Assembly: GCA_977017575.1 (NCBI GenBank)
Contig: CDRNVI010000056.1
Coordinates: 248,001-312,000 of the forward strand
Direction: 5' to 3'
Length of the DNA stretch: 64,000 bases
Source of the DNA: Paramoeba atlantica
Taxonomy: Eukaryota > Protista > Discosea
Every line of letters begins with the position of its first letter. Positions within the stretch are counted from its first letter, which is position 1. The notes beneath the pieces were generated by a model. The model made no database searches and was not told where the DNA came from. It saw nothing but the letters and a program-made list of their open reading frames with translations. This document shows positions 1-10,724 of this stretch, in pieces. The translations under genes and the position numbers were made by a program.

Positions 1-1439
1 TTCTAAGTTGAAAACAACCACCGCGTTTAACGAAGAGCCTAATTTGCGTATTCACGTATAGTTTTCACGGGATTTTCAACGTTTTTCTCATCTCTATCGA
101 GAAAAGGCTTTCGAGTCTCCCTGAAACCGCGCGAAACCGCGCTGAAGCCTCACCCGCAGCCCAAGTGAAAACGCATATTTTAAAAAAAATTATAAAAAAC
201 GCAATTTTTCCAAGTTGAAATTTCATGCGCCAAGTCTAGGATGGATCTAACGAGTGACCTAGCGGGGACTGGTTGAAGGACAAATGTAATGCGGTTTGCA
301 CGGTACAGGGAAAGAGCATTTTGGGAAGAACTTGTGAGCTATAGGATGCCCTCTTTTTCTATTTCTACAAGAAAGCTACAACTCTCTTCACTTTTTACCA
401 CGCGTAATCTAGGCGTATCCACACCACTTGCCGCACAACGTGCCACACCCCTCATCATACCACCTGATATCGCATGGCCCCTCTCAGCCTCTACACCTCC
501 AGCTCTCTTCTGACCCAAGAAATTTCTCCGGATCCACCGACCGATCTGTCTACCGCGTGCCTTCCTGGGCATGAAACACTGATAAACATCATATAGTTTT
601 TATAGTACTATAGTAGTACTATATACATAGTAGTGTTTATAGTACTATAAACAAGGTTTATAGTACTATAAATTTTCTTTAAACACTATAAACTATCTAT
701 AAATAGTTTTAGTGACCTCTGTAAATTTTCACATAGGTAGTCTAGTGGTAAGTCGCCTTTTCGGAGCGCGGAGCTTCTTCCACTCTTTGTCAAGATTTGA
801 ATTTAACATCACTGAAATTGTCTACGTTTATCGAATTCTGGGCGCACGAAAGCGTCAAAGAAGCAGACGGTTCAGAAGATTCGATCGGTAAGACTCGATC
901 AGAAGATTGGTCGTCTGATTTACATTCAGTGCATTTCAGAGAGGGGGAAGTACGAACTCGATATTCAGGGGCTTTCATTGACGTTGACTTTTCATTCTGT
1001 GTTGTGGAATGACTTGGGGACGTTTCTATCCATGAATATTCCTTGGCGGGTCGTTTGATGTAAGTATGGGCTACTCGCAAAATGCTTGCGCGATGTTTCA
1101 CTCATACTACAGAATGCGCTTTTCCGAAGAGTGATGTAATCCCCACGCGCTAAGCAATTCATTTTATGCTCCCTTGAAGATTCGATCATTCACTTGAATT
1201 GCCTTGTGCACCCTCCTGGTATGGTGCCGGGATCACAGTTTTCGTGTAGCTCATCAGGTACGATGACAAATGTAATCATCAGTGACAATGGCTTTCGAGG
1301 GAGGGTGTGTTTGGGCGTGTCAGGGTGGCTGGGTGGGGTGAGGGGTGGCTGCGCGGGAGCGAATGGCCTAGTTGCGGGGTTCGCTGGACAGAAAATCTAC
1401 GCACTCATGGCCAAAAAAGGCCTTTGCCCACCAAAAAAG

Positions 1440-1515
1440 CATACCCCCCCAGTAACAAGGATTTGGACTTTTTAGTCCAAAATCGATTCTATTACTGGAG
1501 GGGGGGTATACGGTA
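1440..1515. mobile_element. Solo right end (TIR) of a pogo-like TA-flanked element
   Basis: Reverse complement reads TA|CCGTATACCCCCCCTCCAGTAA, the same style as the TIRs at 10725 and 30235; inner inverted copy at 1440. No partner end found in the window. Confidence 0.4.
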
Positions 1516-1571
1516 GCAAAGTAAAAAAACGGGGTGGGTAAGAGGAGTGAATAGCAAATAAGAACAAGAGT

Positions 1572-2597
1572 ATGTTATACTATTTCTTCGTATCACTAAA
1601 AAGATGTGTGCGTAAAAATGAGGAGTATAGAAAACATAAGTTTAGAACACTTTTTTTTTATAGAATCTTTGAAGAAAACAATGGCTTGAGACGCGATCTC
1701 ACTTACATGATTCTCATAACACAAACGTGTGATGATCAGTCACCACACATGAAACGTAGGAAACAGCACCGAGACGTCTCAAGTAGCGCGGAAGTCTGTA
1801 ATCCATCTAGCCGCCCTGGCAAAATACGTGGAGCTCTTTTACCGCAAGAATATGAACTGCAAAGGCTTATTTCCGATGTAATGTCTCCAGACCCATCCTG
1901 GAAGACATCCACAGCTGCATGCGATTGGGCAGGAGTGACGTGCAACGAACAAGGAGAAGTGACGGAAATTGATTGGAGTTACAGCTCGGTACTTCGTGCA
2001 TACGGCGGCTCAATTGCTCGCCGATTATATTTAGAACATATTCCCAGAACCGTTTTACGAGTATACTTACCAAGCAACGGCTTTTCTGGGTTCGATTGCT
2101 TAAGTAATTTGCCTCCGAATCTAACGCATCTTGATCTTTGTTTCAACACTTTTACAGGCACAATAAAGTTTTCTAATTTTCCAGCAACGTTGCAAGTAAT
2201 TGATTTGGGGTACAATAAATTTGAAGGTGGCGTAGATTTGGGTAGCCTCCCAGCGCATTTGAATAAATTGAATTTGAGTGGAAATCAATTTTCGGGCACG
2301 ATTAACATATTTGATTTACCAAAGTGCTTGGTAAGTTTAAGTTTAAACGCGAATGAATTTACGGGCTACACACGTATTCATCCGCGGACGACACATTCAA
2401 GTCACGATCCGCCCTACCAAGACCTGGACTTTTCTGCTCTCCCAGCCTCCATGGAATATTTTGAAGTTGCGTGCAACCGCCTTACGGGTAAGCTTCACCT
2501 CGAAGGTTTACCATCTTCGATTAAGAAAGCGGACTTTTCAAACAATCAATTCTTCTACATTGAACCATTCTACATTGTACAATCAATTCTACATTGA
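1572..2597 (+). CDS. Leucine-rich repeat protein (family member 1)
   Basis: 341-aa ORF with LLPQEYELQRLISDV N-cap, CDWAGVTC cysteine cap and LxxLDLxxNxFxGxxxxxxLP repeats; paralogous to 15080, 31358, 43778 and 48425. True start uncertain. Confidence 0.75.
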   Translation: MLYYFFVSLKRCVRKNEEYRKHKFRTLFFYRIFEENNGLRRDLTYMILITQTCDDQSPHMKRRKQHRDVSSSAEVCNPSSRPGKIRGALLPQEYELQRLISDVMSPDPSWKTSTAACDWAGVTCNEQGEVTEIDWSYSSVLRAYGGSIARRLYLEHIPRTVLRVYLPSNGFSGFDCLSNLPPNLTHLDLCFNTFTGTIKFSNFPATLQVIDLGYNKFEGGVDLGSLPAHLNKLNLSGNQFSGTINIFDLPKCLVSLSLNANEFTGYTRIHPRTTHSSHDPPYQDLDFSALPASMEYFEVACNRLTGKLHLEGLPSSIKKADFSNNQFFYIEPFYIVQSILH

Positions 2598-2627
2598 ACC
2601 ATGGCTATACGTGCTGTAGCATGACCG

Positions 2628-3305
2628 ATGGGCGACTCGTCTCCTACCTGGCACTCCACTCTCTGTGTGACACCCGTCGTATGCGGGTCATGCGCTGATG
2701 GTATGGGCCGTCACACAGAGAGACGTATCTCTGCGCCACGAGCGTATGATCATAACCTGGACGAGAACAAGCTATCTGGGTCACTGGATCTCAGTGAACT
2801 GCCGGAGGACTTGATTTTTATGGACATCAGCAGTAATGAGTTTGAGGGTCTTATAAATTTAGAGACACTTCCACCTTCACTTGAGATTTTACGAATCAAA
2901 TATAACCAATTTACGGGTAATCTTGACCTCAACGACTTGCCTGAGTCGTGCACCGATTTTGTCGCTAGCCATAATAGATTTTCAGATGCCCTTGATTTAC
3001 GACATTTGCCGGAAAATCTTGTAAGTCTGAAACTTGATCACAATTGTTTTAGTGGTGTTCCCGATCTTACAGCTCTCCCTGAAGATCTTGACGAGCTACA
3101 CTTAAACCATAACTCTTTAGAAGGGAACATTCAACTTGATTTGTTACCCGACGGGCTAACGGATTTGTCTTTAAACGATAACCCAAGGCTCTGCGGATCT
3201 GTGAGTCAGAGCGCACAGCAGGGTAGAGATATTACTTTCTGTAGGACTCGTATCATGGCTGTTGGGGTAGCGGAAATAGAAGGCCATGAACCATCGGAAG
3301 AATGA
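2628..3305 (+). CDS. LRR protein fragment lacking the N-cap (possible split gene or pseudogene)
   Basis: LRRs begin near 2750 (NLDENKLSGSLDLSELPEDL...); the first ~40 codons are unrelated; lies 30 bp after the previous LRR ORF, whose 3' end has a short tandem duplication. Confidence 0.55.
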   Translation: MGDSSPTWHSTLCVTPVVCGSCADGMGRHTERRISAPRAYDHNLDENKLSGSLDLSELPEDLIFMDISSNEFEGLINLETLPPSLEILRIKYNQFTGNLDLNDLPESCTDFVASHNRFSDALDLRHLPENLVSLKLDHNCFSGVPDLTALPEDLDELHLNHNSLEGNIQLDLLPDGLTDLSLNDNPRLCGSVSQSAQQGRDITFCRTRIMAVGVAEIEGHEPSEE

Positions 3306-3458
3306 AATTACCAAAAAAAAAAGATAAATTTGATTGTTGTCTTTGGCCCAGATTGCGTTCTAGTCTAATTAAATTCGTTTTTTATTTAAGCTAGACTTCT
3401 CCATGAAGCATCAAATCTTATTCATTATCATCAAATCTGATTCTTTATTCACAGGACC

Positions 3459-3979
3459 CCCGGATGTTCAACTCCAGTGCACCACCCCATTGTCAACTCC
3501 AGCGCACCACTTTTTTCACCATACTCGATCGTCATTTTTTCTGCGCCTCACGATAGTTGAACATCGTTCATTTTTCCTTTCAACATAAAAACTTACCCAG
3601 AGTATTTAAAGAAACCAAGAGGCGTCTTTTCGAAATGCGCTGTGCCCTCGTCCCCTCACTGCACTGACCCACTCTTGCATTACGCGCCAACTCGCGGCAA
3701 ACAGTGCTGTGACTTTTGCCAATTATGCGAGCTATGCTTCGCCGACTCTCGCCAGGTGCGAAGAGTGATTGAATACGATTACGATCGTAAAGACTAAGTC
3801 TTGAATAATGGCGCATTTGTAGTGTAGATACGAAGGATATTATAAAATAATACTTCTTTAAATAATTGATGGTGCATTGGAAATGAGAATACAGTTTTTA
3901 AGAAAAAGTGGTGCACTGTAAATGACAAGAAAATTATTTTTTGTGAAAAAAAGTGGTGCGTTGGTGTTGACAATCCGCC
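3459..3979 (-). mobile_element. IS30-like miniature element (N-terminal HTH only)
   Basis: ORF 3580-3816 has YSRLSLYDRNRI..GESRRSIARIIGKSHSTVCRELARN..AQR, matching the IS30 N-terminus; ~27-bp imperfect IRs CCCGGATGTTCAACTCCAGTGCACCAC / GGCGGATTGTCAACACCAACGCACCAC; no DDE domain. Confidence 0.55.
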
Positions 3980-4182
3980 CTCTTTTGCAGTCTCTGCAGT
4001 GCTATCCCCCCCTATCCTAGCGTTGCCTCGGTTGTCTTTCAGACTGTCTCTTGCCGCGAAGCCGCAATCTTTGGGGTGGACTATGGTAAAAATCGGTTGT
4101 TGTTTTTAAATCGTCCTTAGTAATACGCGGGATGCCGCGCCACGTTGTGACATCCTTGGAACGAAGCGAATGAAACCAGGCA

Positions 4183-4236
4183 CTGTGACTCCCCCTTTAA
4201 TAGAGACCCCCCCTCATCCCCCCTTTAATAGAGACC
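4183..4236. mobile_element. Solo left end of a pogo-like family (CTGTGA-CCCCCTTTAATA)
   Basis: Resembles the left TIR and subterminal repeat at 41149 and the right ends at 15145 and 43564. Confidence 0.35.
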
Positions 4237-4699
4237 AAATATTGGGGGAATTTGTTTGGGGGGGGAACTTTTTTCCCTGAATCCACAAGGTCGTTGTCTT
4301 GAAGTTTACAGTTTGTATTGAACCTTTTCAGTGACGGCTTCTTCGCCCAGAGTTAGCTTCTTTGCATGCTTAGCATTCGTCGGTCATCCACGCTACAGGG
4401 ACGACGTACCGGTGCGCAAGCTGTGTCGCTGGTGTTCGAATAATAAGACGATCACACAATGTCGGTGTAGATCGAACCAATTCCCCTCTTCCCATGTCAT
4501 GCACTCTCGTCGCGTCCAGATGCGTGCGACAAGATGTATTTGGCAACCCGCGTGCACCAATTTCAAAAATCGGCTTTTATTAAAGCAAATTTAGCCCTGT
4601 TTATTTCCCACAACATCTTCGGCCTAGCAATTCTTGGGCTCCCGTTGTTGACCCCCGCCCCTCCTAGCGTTGCTTTTTCACAAATCCGGGCAACGCTAG

Positions 4700-4885
4700 T
4701 ATAGTATTGCGGTGGTTGTATAACTACCGCTTCACCCTCGATTATTGTAAAAAAAGTGAACAAAAACAGTGAAAATATAAAGAGAAACACAGTAATATAA
4801 TAGAAGAAAAAAATATATAAGGGGGCTCCGGTGGTCCAAAACTGAAAAAAAAAATTCAAAACATGGGGGGTCCAGGGGGGGCATA
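4700..4885 (-). repeat. Dispersed repeat (Rep-A), uninterrupted copy
   Basis: Reverse complement matches the flanks of the Tc1 element (about 46230-46316 and 48182-48272); partial copies at 9020-9140, 15146-15240 and 5826-5850. Confidence 0.7.
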
Positions 4886-5716
4886 CGTCGCGAAATTTTT
4901 TTCGAATTTTTTGCTTTTCAAAATCGAACGCAGGGAAGTGGTAGAGTAGGCCGCTGCGATAATTCCCCCCCCCCTGGGGGCTTTGTTTTTTCATGCAGGG
5001 CGAGACCTGCAGAGATATTTAGGCCCAGCAGGGGTAGGCGCAATCAACGCTCCCTGCTGAACCTTTTTGCCTTCCGCGGCGACACAGGGAAAAGCGCAGT
5101 ATATCTTCCCCGGGAAGGCGAAGAGAGACGGCCTCATCGGGATAAGATGTCCCGAGATGTTCAGTGAGCGCAATACTCCAGGAAAGATATACGGATTTGT
5201 GGGACGCGGATGGCATTCCCATCTTACATGCTACAAATGACTTCCATGGTTCATGATACAGCATGGTCAGGGCCATGGATGCATGCTGGCAAATGGAGTC
5301 ATGATTCATGATGCATCATGGGCATCGGGGTCCCAGAGAATCCGCCACGGCTGGTGAGCAAGAGAGGTGCATAGAACATCCTCTAGAAAACGCATACAAC
5401 GTGTTTGTTCGCCGTGTGGGAGACTTCCAGCTTTTGGAAGCCTCCTGCGTTATGTACCGGTGTCGCGCGATGAAGAAGGCACGCCGCGTGGTCTCGTAGA
5501 AGGGTCCTGCAGCGCATGGGGACTCGGAACCGTGTTCCGAGCGGGGTGGTGGGAGATGAAGGAAGGCAGGCGCACCCCTACTTTGCGACAAGAGGGAAAA
5601 TTCCTCTCCTAGCGCCATCCGGAAACGGTCATTGACATAGTAAAAATATGCCTGTTTCCGGGAGAGAAAACCCAACAAAATAGATTATTCATGACCTTTT
5701 GGAAATTTTCTTTTTT

Positions 5717-5813
5717 AGGCTCTTCGTTGAACACGGTGGTACTTTTCAACGCGAAGCGAGCAGCATGAGTGACTTCTAAGTTGAAAACAACCACCGCGTT
5801 TAACGAAGAGCCT
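5717..5813. repeat. Imperfect ~97-bp palindrome, dispersed family
   Basis: AGGCTCTTCGTT..AGTTGAAAACAACCACCGCGTTTAACGAAGAGCCT; other copies at 1-40 and about 9480-9550. Confidence 0.65.
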
Positions 5814-5970
5814 AAAAAAGCTAATTTGCGGTGGTTGTATAACTACTGCTCTATTGAGGGAGATACGGAGTATCTAACTCGCTTACCAAGGTTAATTCCA
5901 AAAATTGAAAATGTCTCCCAAAGAAGCGTAAGTGTAGATATAGTGGCACTTGAGAGACTGATAGCAGTGG

Positions 5971-6870
5971 CACGTGAGGCAATGACTGCAGTGATGCAGT
6001 GTATCTGCAGTGGCCCGTGCGAGAGTAAGTGTACTTCCACGTGAGGCAGTGACTGCAGTGATGTAGTGTCCTACCTATCCTAATAGACCGATTTTCATCG
6101 GTTAAGAGTACTTCCGTTTTTGTTTTCGTTTCGACGCCTTTATCTCAGGTGAATTGGCCCCTTCATGCGTCTTGGCCGCTGAACCGGGCGTGGCGATTCC
6201 TTCATGCACATTTTCATTTTCGATATCACTATCCTTAGGCAAACACTCCTCGTCAGAAGTTTGGCCCACTCCAGTAATCCTTACAGGGGGCGAGGTACCC
6301 TTTTTGGTCAGCGGATCCTGCAGTCTTGAAGTAGTCTCGTCTTTTCCCTAATGGCTTAGGTATTTGACCACTGTTTTTCCTAGGACGTTTCATGATTTGA
6401 AAGGTTTGCGAGCTAATCCTGTGATCTGTTGCTCTTGTCTCAGTCTTTCTCCTCTTTGTTTATGAGGTTGGTATATTTTTTCGTGTACCTGCGAGCGCCA
6501 AGGTGTCTGCCTTATCATTGTATATGTTCCCGTTGTGCGATTTCACTTTGCACACGTAACACCTTTTTTCTCTTGACTGGAAAGTTCGTATTTCGAGATC
6601 TCATTTCTCAAGGATATTTCCATTTGGCATGTTGTTATACCCAATGATGCGCCGTCGGATGCGTGTATGATGGAAAAAATTACATGCATAGAACGAATCC
6701 GTGTGAATAACAACGGTTTGAGACTCCTCAGGTATCCTTTCCAACGCTTCCCTCAGTGATTCAACCTCAGCCCGTTCAGCTGAGCCAGCATGGGGATGCA
6801 GTGTAGCTGCAGTGGCCCGTGTGAGAGTAAGTGTACTGCCACGTGAGGCAGTGACTGCAGTGATGCAATG
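5971..6870. repeat. 67-bp tandem repeat interrupted by a retroelement
   Basis: CACGTGAGGCA.TGACTGCAGTGATG unit starts at 5971, 6038 and 6840; removing the 735-bp insert plus TSD restores a 67-bp period. Confidence 0.7.
6070..6794 (-). mobile_element. 5'-truncated non-LTR retrotransposon 3' end with RNase H domain
   Basis: AERAEVESLREAL..VIHTDS..KVKSHNGNIYNDKAD RNase H motifs; TAGGATAGG tail; 10-bp TSD GATG(T/C)AGTGT at 6060-6069 and 6795-6804; homologue at 61590-62364. Confidence 0.7.
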
Positions 6871-6992
6871 TTTAGCTAAAGTGGAACGTGGGTGCAGGTG
6901 GACTGCACATGAGACACCCACATGAGAGACCGTGCGCCACCAGTCGCCGCACTGGTGTTCCATTTAGAGAATGTTGTTCCAGATCGCCGTTT

Positions 6993-7108
6993 TGCGGAAG
7001 AGTGGCTAGCTGTCCGTGTTGCGGAAGAGTGGCTAGCTGGCCGTGTTATGGAAGAGTGGCCAGCTGGGCATGCTGTGGAAGGGTGGCTAGCTGGTCATGC
7101 TGTGGAAT
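6993..7108. repeat. 27-bp tandem repeat (about 4 units)
   Basis: GCGGAAGAGTGGCTAGCTGGCCGTGTT-like units. Confidence 0.6.
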
Positions 7109-7109
7109 C

Positions 7110-8240
7110 AAAATTACCTCAGGTATGTTCCTACCTTCTGTCGAAAAAAGCTACAGAACACCCTGCTTGAATGTGAAATTAAAGGACGTTTCACCGTGCG
7201 AGTCGGAACCAATAATTGAGGCACTGTCAACAGATCAAAAAACGTGGAAAGAGAAGCATTGTCTCCTACTCTCTGAGGGAGTAAAGTTGCTGAAGTCCTT
7301 ACAAGAGGCAGGGGAAACTCGGGGAATTCAAACACCGAAGCTATGAGGTGTAACACGATGGTGTACCGACAAATTCACCTGCATGCAGTTCTTGGCCGAG
7401 AACATGGCCACTGTCTCGGCATTTGTTCACAATGAAAGTGAGAAGCCCAAGGCTTCACCCTCCATACTGAAATGTAAACGTTTGCCGGATCAGTTTGGTT
7501 TCAGGGCGATCGGTGCCAGTTGCGAAGATTTTCTACAGTAATGCAAGATCCTACGCAGCGCCTTGCGTAAATTTTCGGACAACGCTGGTAAGCCAATGGC
7601 GACGCACGTTGGAACAACGCTGCAACTTTTATTCGAGCACAGCGAGAGTGAATCTGCACCGGAACGTCTGAAAGAATCTTTGATTTATCACAAAAAGCGC
7701 TTGCAGAAAAACCATAACATGCGATTTTGGAGCGATATTCTATGGTTTCGCCCAGCGTGGATCGTGCAATTCGCTCGTCCATGCGCATTACAACCCATTT
7801 CAGTGGGTCGAGCGAACAACATATTTGATAAGAATGCGGATGGAACATCTGCTGAAACTCCTATCTTTGAAATCTCGGCTGACGAGTGGTCGAAGTATGT
7901 CTCCTGCTCCGATTATGGTTGGGATCCGACGGTATTTCTGAACGAGTACGAGTGGTGGTGTGGTCCCGGAAGTGAGATGTTTCCCTCTGTTTGCGAAGCG
8001 GCTACGCACTACGTATGGACGCCTCCCTTAGTTAACAGATGTGATTCGTGGCTGTCTATAATCGGGTACATGTACAGTTCCAGACAGGCTTCCCTGGCTC
8101 CTGATGTCGTCTCTCACCAGATCTTCGTACGTGGAAATTGCGACAAATTGGGTTATATTCTTCCGGACGAAGGTGTTTCTCAGGATGGTAGCGATGTTGA
8201 AGTATCTGATGTCGAAGAAGATGAATTTGTTATGCAGTAA
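7110..8240 (+). pseudogene. hAT-superfamily transposase, C-terminal half, disrupted
   Basis: PKL*GVTRWCTDKFTC, homologous to LGGVTRWCHDKFTC at 55644-56765; C-terminal WW..FPSVCEAATHY..P..CDSWLS..SSRQASL resembles the hAT dimerisation domain; in-frame stops. Confidence 0.7.
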
Positions 8241-8800
8241 TGATTAATGCATAATATTTTATTGGTAATATTAATGCTATGCATAGTATCACAGTATCAT
8301 ACACTGCCGTATAAATGTTTTCTATGTGGTGATTCTTTATAGTTTCGCCTTAGTTTGCTAGGACTCGAGGGTAAATTCGACTGGCCAAAAAAAAAAATTG
8401 GTACCATTGCGGTGTTAGGGGGTAGGCTTCCGGTGGGCCTAGGGGGTTCACACCAAAAAAAAAAAAATAGATGGGCGACACAAGCAAATCAGTAGAGGGA
8501 ATTCTTCTTATGGAAGGAATTCCTCATCGCTAAAGATACCGTTTCTGTACATAGAGCATTCCGTGCCAATCCTACGAATCAGCACACTTGAGAGGAAATC
8601 ATTTTGTATTTAATGGCTAGTGCGCCGATGCGAGTCTGTGTGGGTCGGTGCGGGTAACTGGGTCACAGACCCGGGTAATTTACCCGCACAGACCCGCTAA
8701 TGGGTAATTACCCATCGACCCGGCAGGGGTATGTACCTGCCAGGAGGTAAAGCTCCCCCCGCAGCAGCGGGTCTGCACCGCCTCGAAGGGCCAGCCGTAT

Positions 8801-9019
8801 AACCCAGATTGAAAGGGGCGAGGTAGATACGAAGCAACAGGCGTGGCATTTTCCTACTGAAAAGAAATGGTATCTCCCTGCACGAAGTTTGTCTCCGAGC
8901 TAGCAAGCGCTAAGGCTTTTTTCATGCGGGGAGATACCATTTCTTTTCAGTGGGAATCTTCCACGCCTTGTAGAACTTCCAACGCCTTCGTATCTCCCTC
9001 GCCCCTTTCAATCCGGGTT
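8801..9019. mobile_element. Palindromic MITE-like unit (about 80-bp arms), copy 1
   Basis: AACCCAGATTGAAAGGGGCGAG...CTCGCCCCTTTCAATCCGGGTT with a central spacer containing AGCTAGCAAGCGC; related copy at 18344-18546. Confidence 0.6.
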
Positions 9020-9899
9020 TAATAGAAGAAAGGAAAATCAAAGAGGGCTCCGGTGGTCCAAAATTGAAACAAATGGGGGATCTAGGGGGTGGTCTCGGCC
9101 CGCATTTTCCACCCCTCCCCCCGGGGGTTCCCCCCCCCGCGTATCCGCAGGACGAGTCCATGAAGTTCGGATTTTTTCGAAAAGAAAACTTTGAAAAAAA
9201 ATTCAACTTGGCGAAAAAAGAGAAAAAGAAATTGATTTTTTCATAATCGTTTCCCCTATTGTATTTTGCTAGTTTGGGACTTCGTAGGCTTTAAGTTATT
9301 CGTAGGACGTTTCGTAGGCTTTAATTCATCCGTACGAGTGATTTCCGACACGCAAATATCGAGTTTAGTGCTCTGAGAGCAAAAATACGCAAAACTCACC
9401 CTATTTTTACCCGCAAACCCGCTATTTTTGGCTCAAATCCTTCCTGTTTCTTCCACTTTTGAAGCCAATTTTGCTTTTTGAGGTTCTTCGTTAAACGCGA
9501 ACGTAGTGACTTTTAAGTTGAAAACAACCACTGCGTTTAACGAAGAACTCAAAAAAAAATTATGGCGTTCGGAATAGATCATCTCTGGTACTGTTATAGA
9601 AGATAAATATTCCAACGCCACGGCACCCAACCATAATACTTTCGAAAACGCAATTGTCTGTCTCTCAGAAACCGCGATTTCTGCAGCTGCCGCCCATAGA
9701 ATGATTGATCGGGTTTTGGTAATGTTTCACTCCCCTGTTGCGTAATTTGTGCATGGCACTTCAAGAGAGCCCGTACTTATTCTGTATCTTGGATGGTTAG
9801 TTTTTATCTAAATAGTGTTTAATGGGTCATTAAAGTTAATTGTTTTGAAAGAAAGCGCAAAAATAAATCGGCGCCGCTTCGCAGCTCCTGTTTTCAACG

Positions 9900-10525
9900 T
9901 TTATAATTTGCTATTGCACACCAGCATTGGACCGTCCAAGACTGGAAGCGGGTACTTTGGACAGATGAAACCAAAGTAAACCGTTTCAGTTCGGATGGGA
10001 GACGCTGGGTGTGCGTCGGGTGAATGAGAAGCCCGACTCCCGGAACACGAAAGGGACGGTGAAATATGGGGGCGGTAGCTTGATGGTGTGGGCGTGCATT
10101 GCGCACACAGGGGTGGGCAAGATACATCTGATTGATGGCAATTTAAACGCTCATCAGTACGTTGAAATTCTGCTCGAAAATCTTGCCCCCTCCATTGAAA
10201 CCCCGACGAAGTCTTTTTTCAACAAGACAATGACCCTAAACACGCAAACAGGCTTGCCAAAGAGTGGTTGGCGAGCCACAGCTATATAGTTTTGAAGTGG
10301 CCCCCGCAATCCCCAGATCTCAATCCTATTGAGAAAATGTGGGGACACTTAAAACGGCGTCTCTCTGCCTATAAGAAGGACCCAGAGGGAATGATCGAGC
10401 TTTGGGGCCTGGCTAAAGTTGTGTGGGACGCACTTCCCAGTGCCCTATGCGCGTCTACGGTGAGCAGCATGCCTCGCCGTGTGAGAGCGGTGATTGCTGC
10501 GAAAGGGGGGCATACAAAGTATTAG
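9900..10525 (+). pseudogene. Tc1-like DD34E transposase, frameshifted, N-terminus missing
   Basis: VLWTDETK, GGGSLMVW, QQDNDPKH..WPPQSPDLNPIE (34 residues between D and E), KGGHTKY* spread over three frames. Confidence 0.85.
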
Positions 10526-10724
10526 TTTTACCTTGTTTTTACCGTTTATTAATCAAGAAATAATCCATCTTTTTATCAAAAAATCCTCACTCGAAAAGAG
10601 TGCAAAAAACGTCTCAATAATATTTTTTACTCAAAGGTGTTACAGGTCCTCGTGGAAGCTGCTGCATAGGTAACGGCCCTCATCGTCAGTGTGATGGTAC
10701 ATACCCCTACATAACCCCCATATA

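Noticed and set aside
289-1270. Possible helicase motif (SGVDTPRLRVV) and a CTEC-containing ORF
   Set aside because: Too short and broken; no second motif supports a call.
5019-5680. Coding-like GC-balanced stretch with several short ORFs
   Set aside because: Interrupted in all frames and no family recognised; at most an unassignable relic.
7340-7560. Stop-codon reassignment suggested by in-frame stops in the hAT ORF
   Set aside because: Stops fall at Gly and other non-Trp positions in a decayed TE; host ORFs end normally at all three stop codons.
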